Source: an uncultured bacterium (lineage in GTDB: Bacteria > Acidobacteriota > Thermoanaerobaculia > Multivoradales > JAHZIX01). From it: DNA of 64,000 bases. Shown here piece after piece: positions 8,507 to 17,905 of this stretch (position 1 is its first letter; every line of letters starts with the position of its first letter). Below the pieces are notes generated by a model, which was not told the DNA's origin, searched no databases, and saw nothing but the letters and a program-made list of their open reading frames with translations. The stretch lies in the NCBI GenBank assembly GCA_965368975.1, contig CBDUPA010000001.1, positions 192,001 through 256,000 on the forward strand, in the 5' to 3' direction. A program made the position numbers and the translations under genes.

Positions 8507-10990
8507 CTACTCATCCCGCAACGCGACCACCGGGTCCTGCCTTGACGCACGCCGGGCCGGGATCAGATTGGCCAGTAGGGCGACGAGGAACAGCACCAAG
8601 GTGGCACCGAGGAAGGCGATCGGGTCCAAGGGACTGACGCCGTAGAGGATGCCGGAGAGCAGATTGCCCGCGAAGGCGGCGATGGCGAGGCCGACGACGG
8701 CACCGAGGGCGACCAAGGCCAGGCCGTTGCCGAGCAGGTGGCGCACGATGTCTTTCGGGCGAGCACCCAGGGCGACGCGGATGCCCATCTCGCGCTGGCG
8801 TCGGCGGGCGGTGGTGGCGACGACGCCATAGAGACCGACGCCTGCCAGGAACAGGCCGAGGAAGGCGAAGGTACCGAGCAGCACGCTACCGGCGCGCACC
8901 GGGTAGAGCGTGACGCCGGCCAGGCCTTCGAGCGTGTCGGCTTCCAGGAAGGCGAGGTCGGGGTCGAGTTCGAGTGCGCGGCGGCGCACTACTTGCACTA
9001 GCGGCGCGGACTCGGCGGCTTGCGAGCGGACGACCAGCAAGGCGCTGGTGGTCGGCTGCTGGTGCCAGGAAAACATGACCATCGGCCTTGGCGACTCGCC
9101 GACCGCGCGCACGGCGTGGTCCTCGACGATACCGACGACCTCGACTTCTGGGCGGTTGATGTCGCCCCGACGGAAGCGGCGGCCGAGCGCGTCGCCATCG
9201 GGCCAGAAGCGGTGCGCGGCGGCCTCGGTGATCAGGGCAACGCGCGGTGCTTCGGCGACATCGCTGGCTTGCAGCGGCCGGCCGCGCAGCAACTGCAAGC
9301 CGACGGCGTCGAGATAGTGCTCGTCGACCCAGGTCACGTCGACGCCGTAGCCATCGTCGTCCGCCGTCCACTCGCGCGAGTCGGGGAACACCGAACTGGT
9401 CATCAGGTTGATCGAGAACGGCACGCGCCGGCTGATGGCGGCCGCTGCGACGCCGGGCAACGCTTCGGTCTCCTGGCGCAGGCGGTCGTAGAACTGGAGC
9501 GCTTCGTCGCTCTCGTAGCCGTGCATCGAGAGGTTGGTGCCGAGCACGGCGACGCGGGCGGGGTCGAAGCCAGCGTCGACAGCCGTGGCCGAGGACAATC
9601 CACGCAGAACCAGGGCGGCGGTCACCAGAAGCACCAGCGATACCGCGACCTGCACCACGACCAGCGCCTGGCGCGCACGTCCGGAGCCGGCACCGGAGGC
9701 ACCGAGGCTTTCCTTGAGCGCCGGCACCAGATCGGCGCGCGCGGCCTGCAGGGCCGGCACCAGTGCCGCGACCAGACCGGCCAGGAGGGTCAGGGCGGTG
9801 GTGAACAGCAGCACGCGGTTGTCGAGACCGAGTTGCAGATCGAGCGCGACGGGCAGCGGTGGCAGGTTGCCGAGGAGCGCGTTGAGCGCCAGGCGGGCGA
9901 GGCCGAGGGCCAGCAGCCCACCGACCGCGGCGACCATCAGCGTCTCGAAAACGAACAGGCGGATCAGTCGCCAGCGTCCCGAGCCGAGCGCCAGGCGTAC
10001 GGCGACCTCGCGGCGGCGGCCGACGGCGCGCGCCAGCAGCATGTTGGCGATGTTGGCGCAGGCGACCAGCAGGACCAGGGCTACCAGGCCCAGCAGTGCA
10101 GTGGCGCCGGCTTGCAGCGGGCCGTCGATGTCGGGATGGAAGCGCACCGCGGCGTCCGGGTGCACCAGCGCGGTCACGTCCTCGTGCGCCAGCGGATGCG
10201 CCTCGCCGATCGCGGCCATGGCGCCACGCATCTCGACCGTGGCCTGCTGCAGGCTGGCGCCGTCGGCCAGGCGCCCTTTCATCCACATCCAGCGATAGCC
10301 GCGCCGCTCGGTGAGTGGCATCGAGGCCTCGCGAGATTCGCCATGAATCTGGCCGACCGGGTCGATCTCGGTGAACCAGTTGGTGGGCAACCAGTACTCG
10401 ACCATACCGCCGGGATGGATGCCCGTGAAGCTGCGCGGCGCGACGCCAACCACCTGCCAGCTTTCGCCGTTGAGCCGAACCGATGTGCCGACCGTGGCCG
10501 GATCGCCACCAAGGCGCTGCTCGAAGAAGTCCCAGCTGACCACGAGCACTCGTGCCGCGCCGGGCTGGTCGTCCGTCGATGTCAACGTGCGGCCGTAGGC
10601 TGCCGGAACCCCGAGCACTTCGAAGGCCTGCCCGGACACCATCTCGCCGATGAGTAGCTGGCTGCTGCCCTCGTGCTGCAGGGTGGCCATGGCGATCGAG
10701 TAGCCGAACAGCCCCTCGAGAGCCTCCCCATCCCGCGCCGCGCGGACCATGTCGCGCAGGTCCGGCAGAGAGGTCGTCGCGTGCGTTTCTTCCGGCCATG
10801 AGGTATAGACATCGACCAACTCTTCGGGCGCCTGCACCGCCGGCGGTCGTAGCAGAACGGCGTCGACGAAGGTGAAGATCGTGACGTTGAGACCGATGCC
10901 CAGGGCCAGTGTCACGGCGGCGACGAGCACGAAGAGCGGGCTGCGGCGCAGCCGGCGGAAGGCGATCTTGAGGTCATCGAAAAGGGGCAT
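8507..10990 (-). CDS. ADOP/MacB-like duplicated ABC permease
   Basis: MPLFDDLKIAFRRLRRSPLF...LALGIGLN, LVLLVACANIANMLLAR...RRREVAVRLALG, REMGIRVALGA, PARRASRQDPVVALRDE. Confidence 0.92.
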   Translation of the reverse strand: MPLFDDLKIAFRRLRRSPLFVLVAAVTLALGIGLNVTIFTFVDAVLLRPPAVQAPEELVDVYTSWPEETHATTSLPDLRDMVRAARDGEALEGLFGYSIAMATLQHEGSSQLLIGEMVSGQAFEVLGVPAAYGRTLTSTDDQPGAARVLVVSWDFFEQRLGGDPATVGTSVRLNGESWQVVGVAPRSFTGIHPGGMVEYWLPTNWFTEIDPVGQIHGESREASMPLTERRGYRWMWMKGRLADGASLQQATVEMRGAMAAIGEAHPLAHEDVTALVHPDAAVRFHPDIDGPLQAGATALLGLVALVLLVACANIANMLLARAVGRRREVAVRLALGSGRWRLIRLFVFETLMVAAVGGLLALGLARLALNALLGNLPPLPVALDLQLGLDNRVLLFTTALTLLAGLVAALVPALQAARADLVPALKESLGASGAGSGRARQALVVVQVAVSLVLLVTAALVLRGLSSATAVDAGFDPARVAVLGTNLSMHGYESDEALQFYDRLRQETEALPGVAAAAISRRVPFSINLMTSSVFPDSREWTADDDGYGVDVTWVDEHYLDAVGLQLLRGRPLQASDVAEAPRVALITEAAAHRFWPDGDALGRRFRRGDINRPEVEVVGIVEDHAVRAVGESPRPMVMFSWHQQPTTSALLVVRSQAAESAPLVQVVRRRALELDPDLAFLEADTLEGLAGVTLYPVRAGSVLLGTFAFLGLFLAGVGLYGVVATTARRRQREMGIRVALGARPKDIVRHLLGNGLALVALGAVVGLAIAAFAGNLLSGILYGVSPLDPIAFLGATLVLFLVALLANLIPARRASRQDPVVALRDE

Positions 10991-11148
10991 GGGTCGTCTC
11001 CTCGGATTGAGCTGCGGAAGGTGCAGCGGGCGTTGTCGGAGCGGCAGCCGTTGTCGAATGTACGCCGCGGGGCTCCAGCTTGTTACAGTGCTCAGCGGCC
11101 CGACACGGGAGGGGAACATCCGGCGATCGTTGCCGTAGAGGAGAAGAG

Positions 11149-12657
11149 ATGCCGAGCCAGCTGCCTAGCCGCGAGTCGATCTTCTGGATTCTGGGGTTGT
11201 GGATCCTCGGCTTCGCCTTGCTCAGTTGCGGGGGCGCGTCGACGCAGAAGGCTCTCTTGCGCCTGCAGCCGTGCGCCGATGCCCGGCTCACCGACGCCCT
11301 GTGCGGTACCTTGACCGTCGCCGAGGATCCCGACATCCCCGCGGGGCGGCAGCTAGACCTGAAGCTGATCGTGCTGCGCGCGCTCGAGGTGGGCGAAACG
11401 GTTGGCGCGAGCAAGGCGGCACCGCTGTTCTACCTCGCCGGTGGTCCCGGCGCTGCCGCGACCGGCTACGTCGGGCAGTGGAACGCGTCGCCGCTGCGCC
11501 GGCAGCGTGACCTGGTGTTCGTCGACCAGCGTGGCACTGGCGGCTCCAACCCTTTGCACTGCCCGCTGCTCGGCTTGCAGGCCGCGCTCGACTTCGCCCT
11601 CTTCACGCGCCTGCCCGAGGCAACGGCGTGCGCCGAGCGCTTGGCCGAGTCCGCCGACCTGCGCCGCTACACGACGCGCTATGCCGCTGACGACCTCGAC
11701 GCGGTGCGCGCGGCTCTGGGCTACGCGCGTATCGACCTGCTCGGCGTCTCCTACGGAACCTACACCGCCCAGGTCTACCTGCAGCGCTATCCACGGCGCG
11801 TGCGCAGCCTGGTGCTGCGGGGCGTGGTCACTCCCCAGCTGCACCTGGCGCTGCAGCTCGACGGCACGCTGGCCGCGCTCGACGCCTTGTTCGCCGACTG
11901 CCGGGCGGACGCCGACTGTCGCGCCTTGCTACCCGATCCCGCGGCGGCGCTCGAGACCGTCCGTGCCCGCGTGCGCGCCGAGCCGGCATCGGTATCGGTG
12001 CTCGATCCACGAACAGGGCAGCCGTCCTGGGTGGAGATCCGCGAAGAGCACGTTCTCGAGATCGTGCGTCTGCTGCTCTATGACGCGCGTGCGTCGAGCT
12101 CTGTGCCCGCGGACCTGGCCGCTGCGGCGGCTGGCGACCTGCAGCCGCTGGTGCAGCGCGGAGCCGGCATGGCGGCGACCGCGGTGGCGCGCCTCGCCAC
12201 GGGTTTACTGCTGGCGGTCTCCTGCGCGGAGGGAGCACCGTTCCTGCCGGGCGTCGACGCGGTGCAGGCGTCGATCGGCGAGCGGCCCTCGGCACTGGCC
12301 CTGCGCATCGAAGAGCTGCACCGTAGCTGTACTGGCTGGCCGCATGTCGGGACTTCAGAGTCCGATTCCCTGCTTCCTGCATCGCCTGCGCTCACATCGA
12401 ACGCACCCGCGCTGCTTCTCTCGGGTGCCCTCGATCCCGCGACGCCGCCGTCCGGAGCCGCCGCTCTACAGGCGCGGCTGCCTGGCAGCCGGCACCTGGT
12501 GTTGCCCGCCGTGGCGCATGCGCCCCTGGCTCCGGGCTGCGTCGAAGGGCTGATTCAGACTTTCCTCGCTTCTCCTCAGGCGGACCTGCTGGAGACCTCC
12601 TGTATCGCCGACCTTCGCCGGCCGCCCTTTCATCTGCCGGCTTCCACCGCCCCCTGA
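11149..12657 (+). CDS. Alpha/beta hydrolase, TAP-like peptidase (probable lipoprotein)
   Basis: LLSC lipobox, YLAGGPG, DQRGTG, GVSYG nucleophile, GALDPATP, VAH. Confidence 0.88.
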   Translation: MPSQLPSRESIFWILGLWILGFALLSCGGASTQKALLRLQPCADARLTDALCGTLTVAEDPDIPAGRQLDLKLIVLRALEVGETVGASKAAPLFYLAGGPGAAATGYVGQWNASPLRRQRDLVFVDQRGTGGSNPLHCPLLGLQAALDFALFTRLPEATACAERLAESADLRRYTTRYAADDLDAVRAALGYARIDLLGVSYGTYTAQVYLQRYPRRVRSLVLRGVVTPQLHLALQLDGTLAALDALFADCRADADCRALLPDPAAALETVRARVRAEPASVSVLDPRTGQPSWVEIREEHVLEIVRLLLYDARASSSVPADLAAAAAGDLQPLVQRGAGMAATAVARLATGLLLAVSCAEGAPFLPGVDAVQASIGERPSALALRIEELHRSCTGWPHVGTSESDSLLPASPALTSNAPALLLSGALDPATPPSGAAALQARLPGSRHLVLPAVAHAPLAPGCVEGLIQTFLASPQADLLETSCIADLRRPPFHLPASTAP

Positions 12658-12673
12658 CCTGGAGATCTCGATC

Positions 12674-14188
12674 ATGGTGCACTCTTGCCTTCCTCGGATG
12701 TCTTCGTCTGCCCTCGCTGCCGCCGGAGTCCTGACGCTGCTCCTGCTGGCCGCGACAGCCATGGCCTGCGCTTCCGATGTCCGGGAGCAGAACCCGTCGC
12801 CGAAGCTCCAGTTACAGCCGTGCAGTGATGTCCGGCCCGACTCCGGGTTGGAGGCAGCGCGCTGCGGCAGCTTACGCGTGGCCGAGAACCGGGCTCATGG
12901 TTTCCAGGCTGGCGGTACGGGCCGTGAGATCGAACTCAATCTGGTCGTCCTCGACGCCCTCGGTGGCGACCCACTGCCCGATCCGATCTTCTACCTCGCT
13001 GGGGGTCCGGGAGCTGCGGCCACCGACTACGTGGGGCAGTTCCTTGCCTCTCCCTTGCGGCAGAAGCGCGACCTGGTGTTCGTCGATCAGCGCGGAACCG
13101 GCGCGTCCAACCTCCTGCAGTGCGAGTTTCCGAGTCTGCAAGACGTGCTTGACGGGGGCTTGCTATTCGAGTTCCCCGATCTCGAAAGCTGCCGCGATGA
13201 GCTGAGCCAGAACGCGGATCTACGCTTCTATACCACCAGCATCGCCATGGACGATCTCGACGACGTCCGGGCCGCGCTGGGCTACGAGCAGATCAATCTC
13301 ATCGGAGGTTCCTACGGCACTCGCGCGGCGCTGGTCTACCTGCGCCGCCATCCCGAGCGCGCGCGGACGGCGACCCTACGCGGTGTCGCATCTACCGCCT
13401 TCAACATCCCGCGCGACCTGGTCGGAACCCTGCATTCGGTGCGTGATCTGTTCGAAGATTGTAGCGCCGAGGCTCGCTGCCAGAGGGTGCTGCCGGAACC
13501 CGAGCAGGCCTTGCTGGAAATCCTGGCCCGCCTGCGCGAGCAGCCGTTGGAGATCGAGTTGGAAGATCCTCGTAGCGGTGATGCCGTGACCGTTGTGTTG
13601 CAGGAGCAGCACGTGTCCGAGATGGTACGGCTGATGCTCTACGACTCCCGCGCCGCCAGCACTCTACCGGCACTGCTGGCAGCCGCCCACAAGGGAGATC
13701 TACGCCCCCTGGCCGACGCCGGCACCCAGGCGATCGCAACGCTCCTGCCGCGCCTCAGCGCCGGCATGTTTCTCTCCGTCACCTGCGCCGAGGACGAGCC
13801 TTTCCTACCTTCCGACGAAGAAATGACGACCTCCTTTGCGGGCAATCCCTTCCGTCCGGCCAGCCGGGTCACGGCGATGCGCCGTCTGTGTGCCGTGTGG
13901 CCGCGCGCTGAACTATCGAGTGGCTTCAAGGAGCATGTCGAGTCCGACGTCCCGACCTTGCTGCTGTCCGGTGCCGTGGACCCCGTGACGTCGCCTGCAT
14001 CGGCCGAAGCAGTTCTCGCCCACCTGTCTCACGGTCGCCACTTCGTGCTTCCCGAGGTCGCGCACGGCCCCCTGGCGCCTGGCTGCGTCGAAGACCTGCT
14101 CGCTCGCTTCCTGGACACCACCAGCACCGAAGGCTTCGATCCGGCATGCCTCGCGCAGCTGGAACGGCCGTCGTTCTGGCTGGACTGA
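12674..14188 (+). CDS. Alpha/beta hydrolase, TAP-like peptidase (tandem paralog, probable lipoprotein)
   Basis: AMAC lipobox, YLAGGPG, DQRGTG, GGSYG, GAVDPVTS, VAHGP. Confidence 0.88.
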   Translation: MVHSCLPRMSSSALAAAGVLTLLLLAATAMACASDVREQNPSPKLQLQPCSDVRPDSGLEAARCGSLRVAENRAHGFQAGGTGREIELNLVVLDALGGDPLPDPIFYLAGGPGAAATDYVGQFLASPLRQKRDLVFVDQRGTGASNLLQCEFPSLQDVLDGGLLFEFPDLESCRDELSQNADLRFYTTSIAMDDLDDVRAALGYEQINLIGGSYGTRAALVYLRRHPERARTATLRGVASTAFNIPRDLVGTLHSVRDLFEDCSAEARCQRVLPEPEQALLEILARLREQPLEIELEDPRSGDAVTVVLQEQHVSEMVRLMLYDSRAASTLPALLAAAHKGDLRPLADAGTQAIATLLPRLSAGMFLSVTCAEDEPFLPSDEEMTTSFAGNPFRPASRVTAMRRLCAVWPRAELSSGFKEHVESDVPTLLLSGAVDPVTSPASAEAVLAHLSHGRHFVLPEVAHGPLAPGCVEDLLARFLDTTSTEGFDPACLAQLERPSFWLD

Positions 14189-14189
14189 T

Positions 14190-15506
14190 TCAGGGCGACA
14201 GCCAGCGCCTGCGCCGCCAGCGCGGCGGGGGCTCGAACCACTCCGTATCCATGCTTTCGAGCAGCAGGTCGGCGAAGCTCTCGATGTCGAAGTGACACTC
14301 TTGGGCCAACTGCTCTGTCAGGTTGGTGTGGTAGAAGCAGCGGGCGACGATGTAGGCCTCGGGGAATTTGCCGGACAGGCGCAGGGCGGTGAGGATGTTG
14401 CTGCCGGCGTCATTGGAGCCGAGGATCAAGGCCAGTTCGTCGCCGGCTTCCTCGAAGAAGGGTTGCACGCGCTGCCAGGTACTCGGGCTGCGCAGGTCGC
14501 CCTCGACCTTGACGCAGTGGTAGTCCCCCGTGAACCCAACCCTCTCCTCGAATTCGAGCGCTCGGTCGGTCGCATCGAGGTCGACCAGGACGACGGTGGA
14601 GAAACTTCCCTGAGCCCGTCTTTGCAATTCGTCGAGGACCGTCTGGCCGAAGCGCCCGAAACCGGCGATCACCACGATGTCGAGTGCGTGCGTCTGCTGG
14701 AAGTGGGGCAGTAGCTTGACGCCCACTAGGTGCTGCGCGGCCGTTTCGTGCGAGTTGAACTTGGCACACTCGGGCAGGATCTCGTGGTCTTCGATCTGGT
14801 GCTTGAGCTGGGTGTCGCGCAGGTGTAGCAGGATGCGCGGGGCCAAGTGCTCGGCCTTGTTACGCATGCGCGAGGCGGTGTTGAGGTTGACGTAGTCGTC
14901 GCCGGTCAGCAGCACGACGCGGTCGGCGTAGGGCAGGCGCAGCGAGTCGAGCACGGCCTCGCTGGTGATGTCGCCGTACAGCACTTCGACCCGGTAGCGT
15001 AGCGCCGCCGCCTCGGCGCTCGGATGTTCGTGCTGCTTCTCGACCACCAGCACCGGTTGGCGCGGGTTGTGCTCGCGCAGCCGCTGGAGGTAGAGCAACG
15101 TCAAGCGACCGCAACCGACCACGACGATGTGCCCGCGCATCCGCCGCATCCGCCAGTCGCGCGGCCGGATAGCGTGCAGCACGCCCTCGATCACCGCCGA
15201 GGTGGTGATCAGCGGCGCCAGGAAGTAGGCGAACCAGGCCATGATGAACGCCCAGTGCGGCCCCCCTTCGGGCACGCCGATGTCCAGGCCACCGAAGACG
15301 AAGAGGCCGAGCGCGTAGTAGACCCGCGTCGTGACGTTCGAGTCCGGGATGTACGGTCGGTCCGTCGTCGCGACGCCCGAAAAGAAGGGCAGCAGCGCCA
15401 GGCCGAAGACGAGGGCGAAGAGCGCCACGCGCCAGCTCAGCCACTGCCAGCTGCGGCGTAGCGTCTCGGTCGCGATCGGCGGCGTTACCGAAGGCTTGAT
15501 GGGCAT
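14190..15506 (-). CDS. Potassium channel-like protein with two TrkA-N/RCK domains
   Basis: TM-pore-TM (YYALGLFVFGGLDIG), HIVVVGCGRL and IVVIAGFGRFG Rossmann motifs; start uncertain. Confidence 0.75.
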   Translation of the reverse strand: MPIKPSVTPPIATETLRRSWQWLSWRVALFALVFGLALLPFFSGVATTDRPYIPDSNVTTRVYYALGLFVFGGLDIGVPEGGPHWAFIMAWFAYFLAPLITTSAVIEGVLHAIRPRDWRMRRMRGHIVVVGCGRLTLLYLQRLREHNPRQPVLVVEKQHEHPSAEAAALRYRVEVLYGDITSEAVLDSLRLPYADRVVLLTGDDYVNLNTASRMRNKAEHLAPRILLHLRDTQLKHQIEDHEILPECAKFNSHETAAQHLVGVKLLPHFQQTHALDIVVIAGFGRFGQTVLDELQRRAQGSFSTVVLVDLDATDRALEFEERVGFTGDYHCVKVEGDLRSPSTWQRVQPFFEEAGDELALILGSNDAGSNILTALRLSGKFPEAYIVARCFYHTNLTEQLAQECHFDIESFADLLLESMDTEWFEPPPRWRRRRWLSP

Positions 15507-15626
15507 TGCGCCGAGAAGCATGCCGGAAGCGCCGCGCGGAGGCAAGGGGGCAGGTCTACTGGGTCATTCAGCCGACTCGGAGCGGGGGGCAGAGCCGTGC
15601 CGCTGGCGCCAGAAGTCGCGCTCCGG

Positions 15627-15893
15627 CCCTTGCCGAACTGCGCGGCGAAACCCTTGTTGACCCACTGTAGGTTGCTCAGCCGTCGCAGCGCTGGCAACAC
15701 ATCCTGGGTGAAGGACGGCGTGTCCGGGAAGGGCAGCCAGCCGCACTGCACATAGCTGTCGACCAGCAGGTCGTAGAGGGTGCGCCAGGCGATGACGTCG
15801 GGCGCGTAGTTGGGCGGGCCGACGATCACCCAGGCGGCCTTGACCGGCAGCTCGACGCCGTCGAGCTTGACGCTGGCGCACACCGGACCATCG
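15627..15893 (-). pseudogene. Internal fragment of a LodA/GoxA-family CTQ oxidase
   Basis: DGPVCASVKLDG...AWVIVGPPNYAPDVIAWRTLYDLL...PSFTQDVLPALRRLSNLQWVNKGFAAQFG matches the central LodA/GoxA region; only ~90 codons and no N- or C-terminal parts. Confidence 0.7.
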
Positions 15894-16033
15894 GTGAAAC
15901 TCCTGGAGGGTTGCAGGTAGACGGGCAGGACGCGGCGCTGGCGTCAGGTGACGGCCCGGGTCTCGGCGCTTCCGATCGAGGACAAGAGAGTAGAGGTCCA
16001 AGCATACACCCGCTGTGCTACGCTGCGCCGACC

Positions 16034-16975
16034 ATGCCGCAGCCGCCCGCCAACAAGGCCCTGAGTGAGACCACGATCGGCGGCCTGTATGCGCTCGGTG
16101 CCTATCTGGTGTGGGGCGTCAATCCGTTGTTCTGGAAGGAACTGGTGCACATCGATCCGGCCGAGGTGCTGGGGCATCGGCTGGTCTGGTCGATGGTGCT
16201 GCTGGCGGTGCTACTGGCGTTCCAGGGCCGCTTCGGTGAGTTGCGCGAGCTGCTGTCCTCGCGGCGCCGGTTGCAGGTGTTCCTGTTGTCGGCGGCCTTG
16301 ATCAGCTGCAACTGGTGGACCTACCTCTATGCCGTGACCAGTGAGCAGGTGCTGCAAGCCAGCTTGGGGTACTTCATGAACCCGCTGTTCAACGTCTTTC
16401 TGGGCATGCTCTTCCTCGGCGAGCGACCGCGCCCGTGGCAATGGGTGGCGCTGGCCTTGGCGGCAGCGGGGGTGGCGCAGCTGGTGATCTACACTGGCGG
16501 GGTGCCCTGGATCGCGCTCGGCTTGATGGCGTCGTTCGGCTTCTACGGCTTGGTGCGCAAGACGGCACCGGCGGATTCGATGCTGGGGACCAGCGCCGAG
16601 GTCTGCTTCCTGGGGCCGTTGGCACTGGTGTACCTGGGGCTGCTGGCGGCGCGCGGCGAGGCTGCCTTTCCGGCTGCGGACGCCTACGTGTGGACCTTCT
16701 TGGTGCTCAGCGGAGTGCTGACCGCAGTGCCCTTGATGTGGTTCGCGCACGCGGCACGTCGGCTGCCGTTGACGGTGGTCGGGATGTTCCAGTACCTGGC
16801 ACCGACGCTACAGTTCCTGCTCGCCGTGTGGGTTTTCCACGAGCCGTTCTCGACGTTGCAGTTGCGCGCCTTCGTGTGCATTTGGGTGGCGCTGACGATC
16901 TTCACCGTCGAGGCGCAGCTGCGACGACGTCGGGAGTTGCGTCGCCTGGCCCTGGCGTCGACGGCCAGTGGGTGA
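16034..16975 (+). CDS. rarD: EamA/DMT transporter RarD
   Basis: EVLGHRLVWS, QASLGYFMNPL, GMFQYLAPTLQFLLAV. Confidence 0.92.
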   Translation: MPQPPANKALSETTIGGLYALGAYLVWGVNPLFWKELVHIDPAEVLGHRLVWSMVLLAVLLAFQGRFGELRELLSSRRRLQVFLLSAALISCNWWTYLYAVTSEQVLQASLGYFMNPLFNVFLGMLFLGERPRPWQWVALALAAAGVAQLVIYTGGVPWIALGLMASFGFYGLVRKTAPADSMLGTSAEVCFLGPLALVYLGLLAARGEAAFPAADAYVWTFLVLSGVLTAVPLMWFAHAARRLPLTVVGMFQYLAPTLQFLLAVWVFHEPFSTLQLRAFVCIWVALTIFTVEAQLRRRRELRRLALASTASG

Positions 16976-16990
16976 TGGCCAGTGGTTGAA
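16963..16990. repeat. 14-bp duplication of the rarD stop region
   Basis: GGCCAGTGGGTGAT GGCCAGTGGTTGAA. Confidence 0.6.
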
Positions 16991-16998
16991 GCCGGCTG

Positions 16999-17808
16999 CT
17001 AGAGGGTTTCCGGCTGCTGCAGGCGACCGATCAGGGTCTCGACGGCACCCTGGGAGCGGCGGTCGCAGAAGTCTTTGAGTACCTTCAGCACACGCGGGTG
17101 ACGGCTGGCGATGCGTTGCACGTCGGTGCGGATGACTTCGAGTGCGCTGACGTCGCCGCAGGCGGTGATGGTAGCGGTGCGCGGTTTGCCGAGCAGGACG
17201 GAGACTTCGCCGAACAGGTCGCCGGGGCCGAGGCGGTTGAGCTGGATGGGCTTACGGTCCTGTCCCTGGATGAACACCTTGACCTCGCCGTCGACGATCA
17301 GGAACAGGCTCTCGCCCGGCTCACCTTCGCTGACGATGACGTCGCCGCCCTGGTAGCGGTGCAGGTGGGTCGAGGTGAGCAGTTCTTCGAGTGCCGCCGG
17401 CTCGAACATGGTGAACAGCGTGGAGGTTTCGATCTCGTGCGAGCGAGTGTCGTCCTCGCTCAGGTCGTCGGGTGTACTGCCTTCGAGTTCGATCAACTGC
17501 GCCAGTTCGGCGTGGATCTCGACCGCGTCCGGCGCGGTACTCAGGAGCTGCTTGTACAACACGATGGCGCGCGTGTGCAGGCCCTCGCGGACGTAAGCGC
17601 GCGCCAAGCGACGCTGCACCTCGAGAGCGTTTTGCGGGCGCCCCGCAGCTTCGAAGACGCGCGCCAGCTGGCGTAGCAACTCGGGATCGTTGGGCCGCCG
17701 GACCAGCTGGGCTGCTACCGCGGCTTCGGCTCGCCGGTACTGTCCACGCCGCAAGTAGTGGTCCAGGTGCTCGAGCTTGGGACGGAACAGTCGGCTGAGC
17801 AGGTCCAT
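16999..17808 (-). CDS. TPR + cyclic-nucleotide-binding domain protein
   Basis: N-terminal TPR-like helices; EGEPGESLFLIVDGEV...GDLFGEVSVLLGKPRTATITA (intact phosphate-binding cassette). Confidence 0.85.
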   Translation of the reverse strand: MDLLSRLFRPKLEHLDHYLRRGQYRRAEAAVAAQLVRRPNDPELLRQLARVFEAAGRPQNALEVQRRLARAYVREGLHTRAIVLYKQLLSTAPDAVEIHAELAQLIELEGSTPDDLSEDDTRSHEIETSTLFTMFEPAALEELLTSTHLHRYQGGDVIVSEGEPGESLFLIVDGEVKVFIQGQDRKPIQLNRLGPGDLFGEVSVLLGKPRTATITACGDVSALEVIRTDVQRIASRHPRVLKVLKDFCDRRSQGAVETLIGRLQQPETL

Positions 17809-17905
17809 GGCGAGGTGCCTCCGTGGTGGCGGCTTGGTGGGCTGGGCTCGGTGCAGAGCGGCGTGCGTGTGGTCAAGGAGGACTCGATCCGGCGAGCCGT
17901 CTCGA

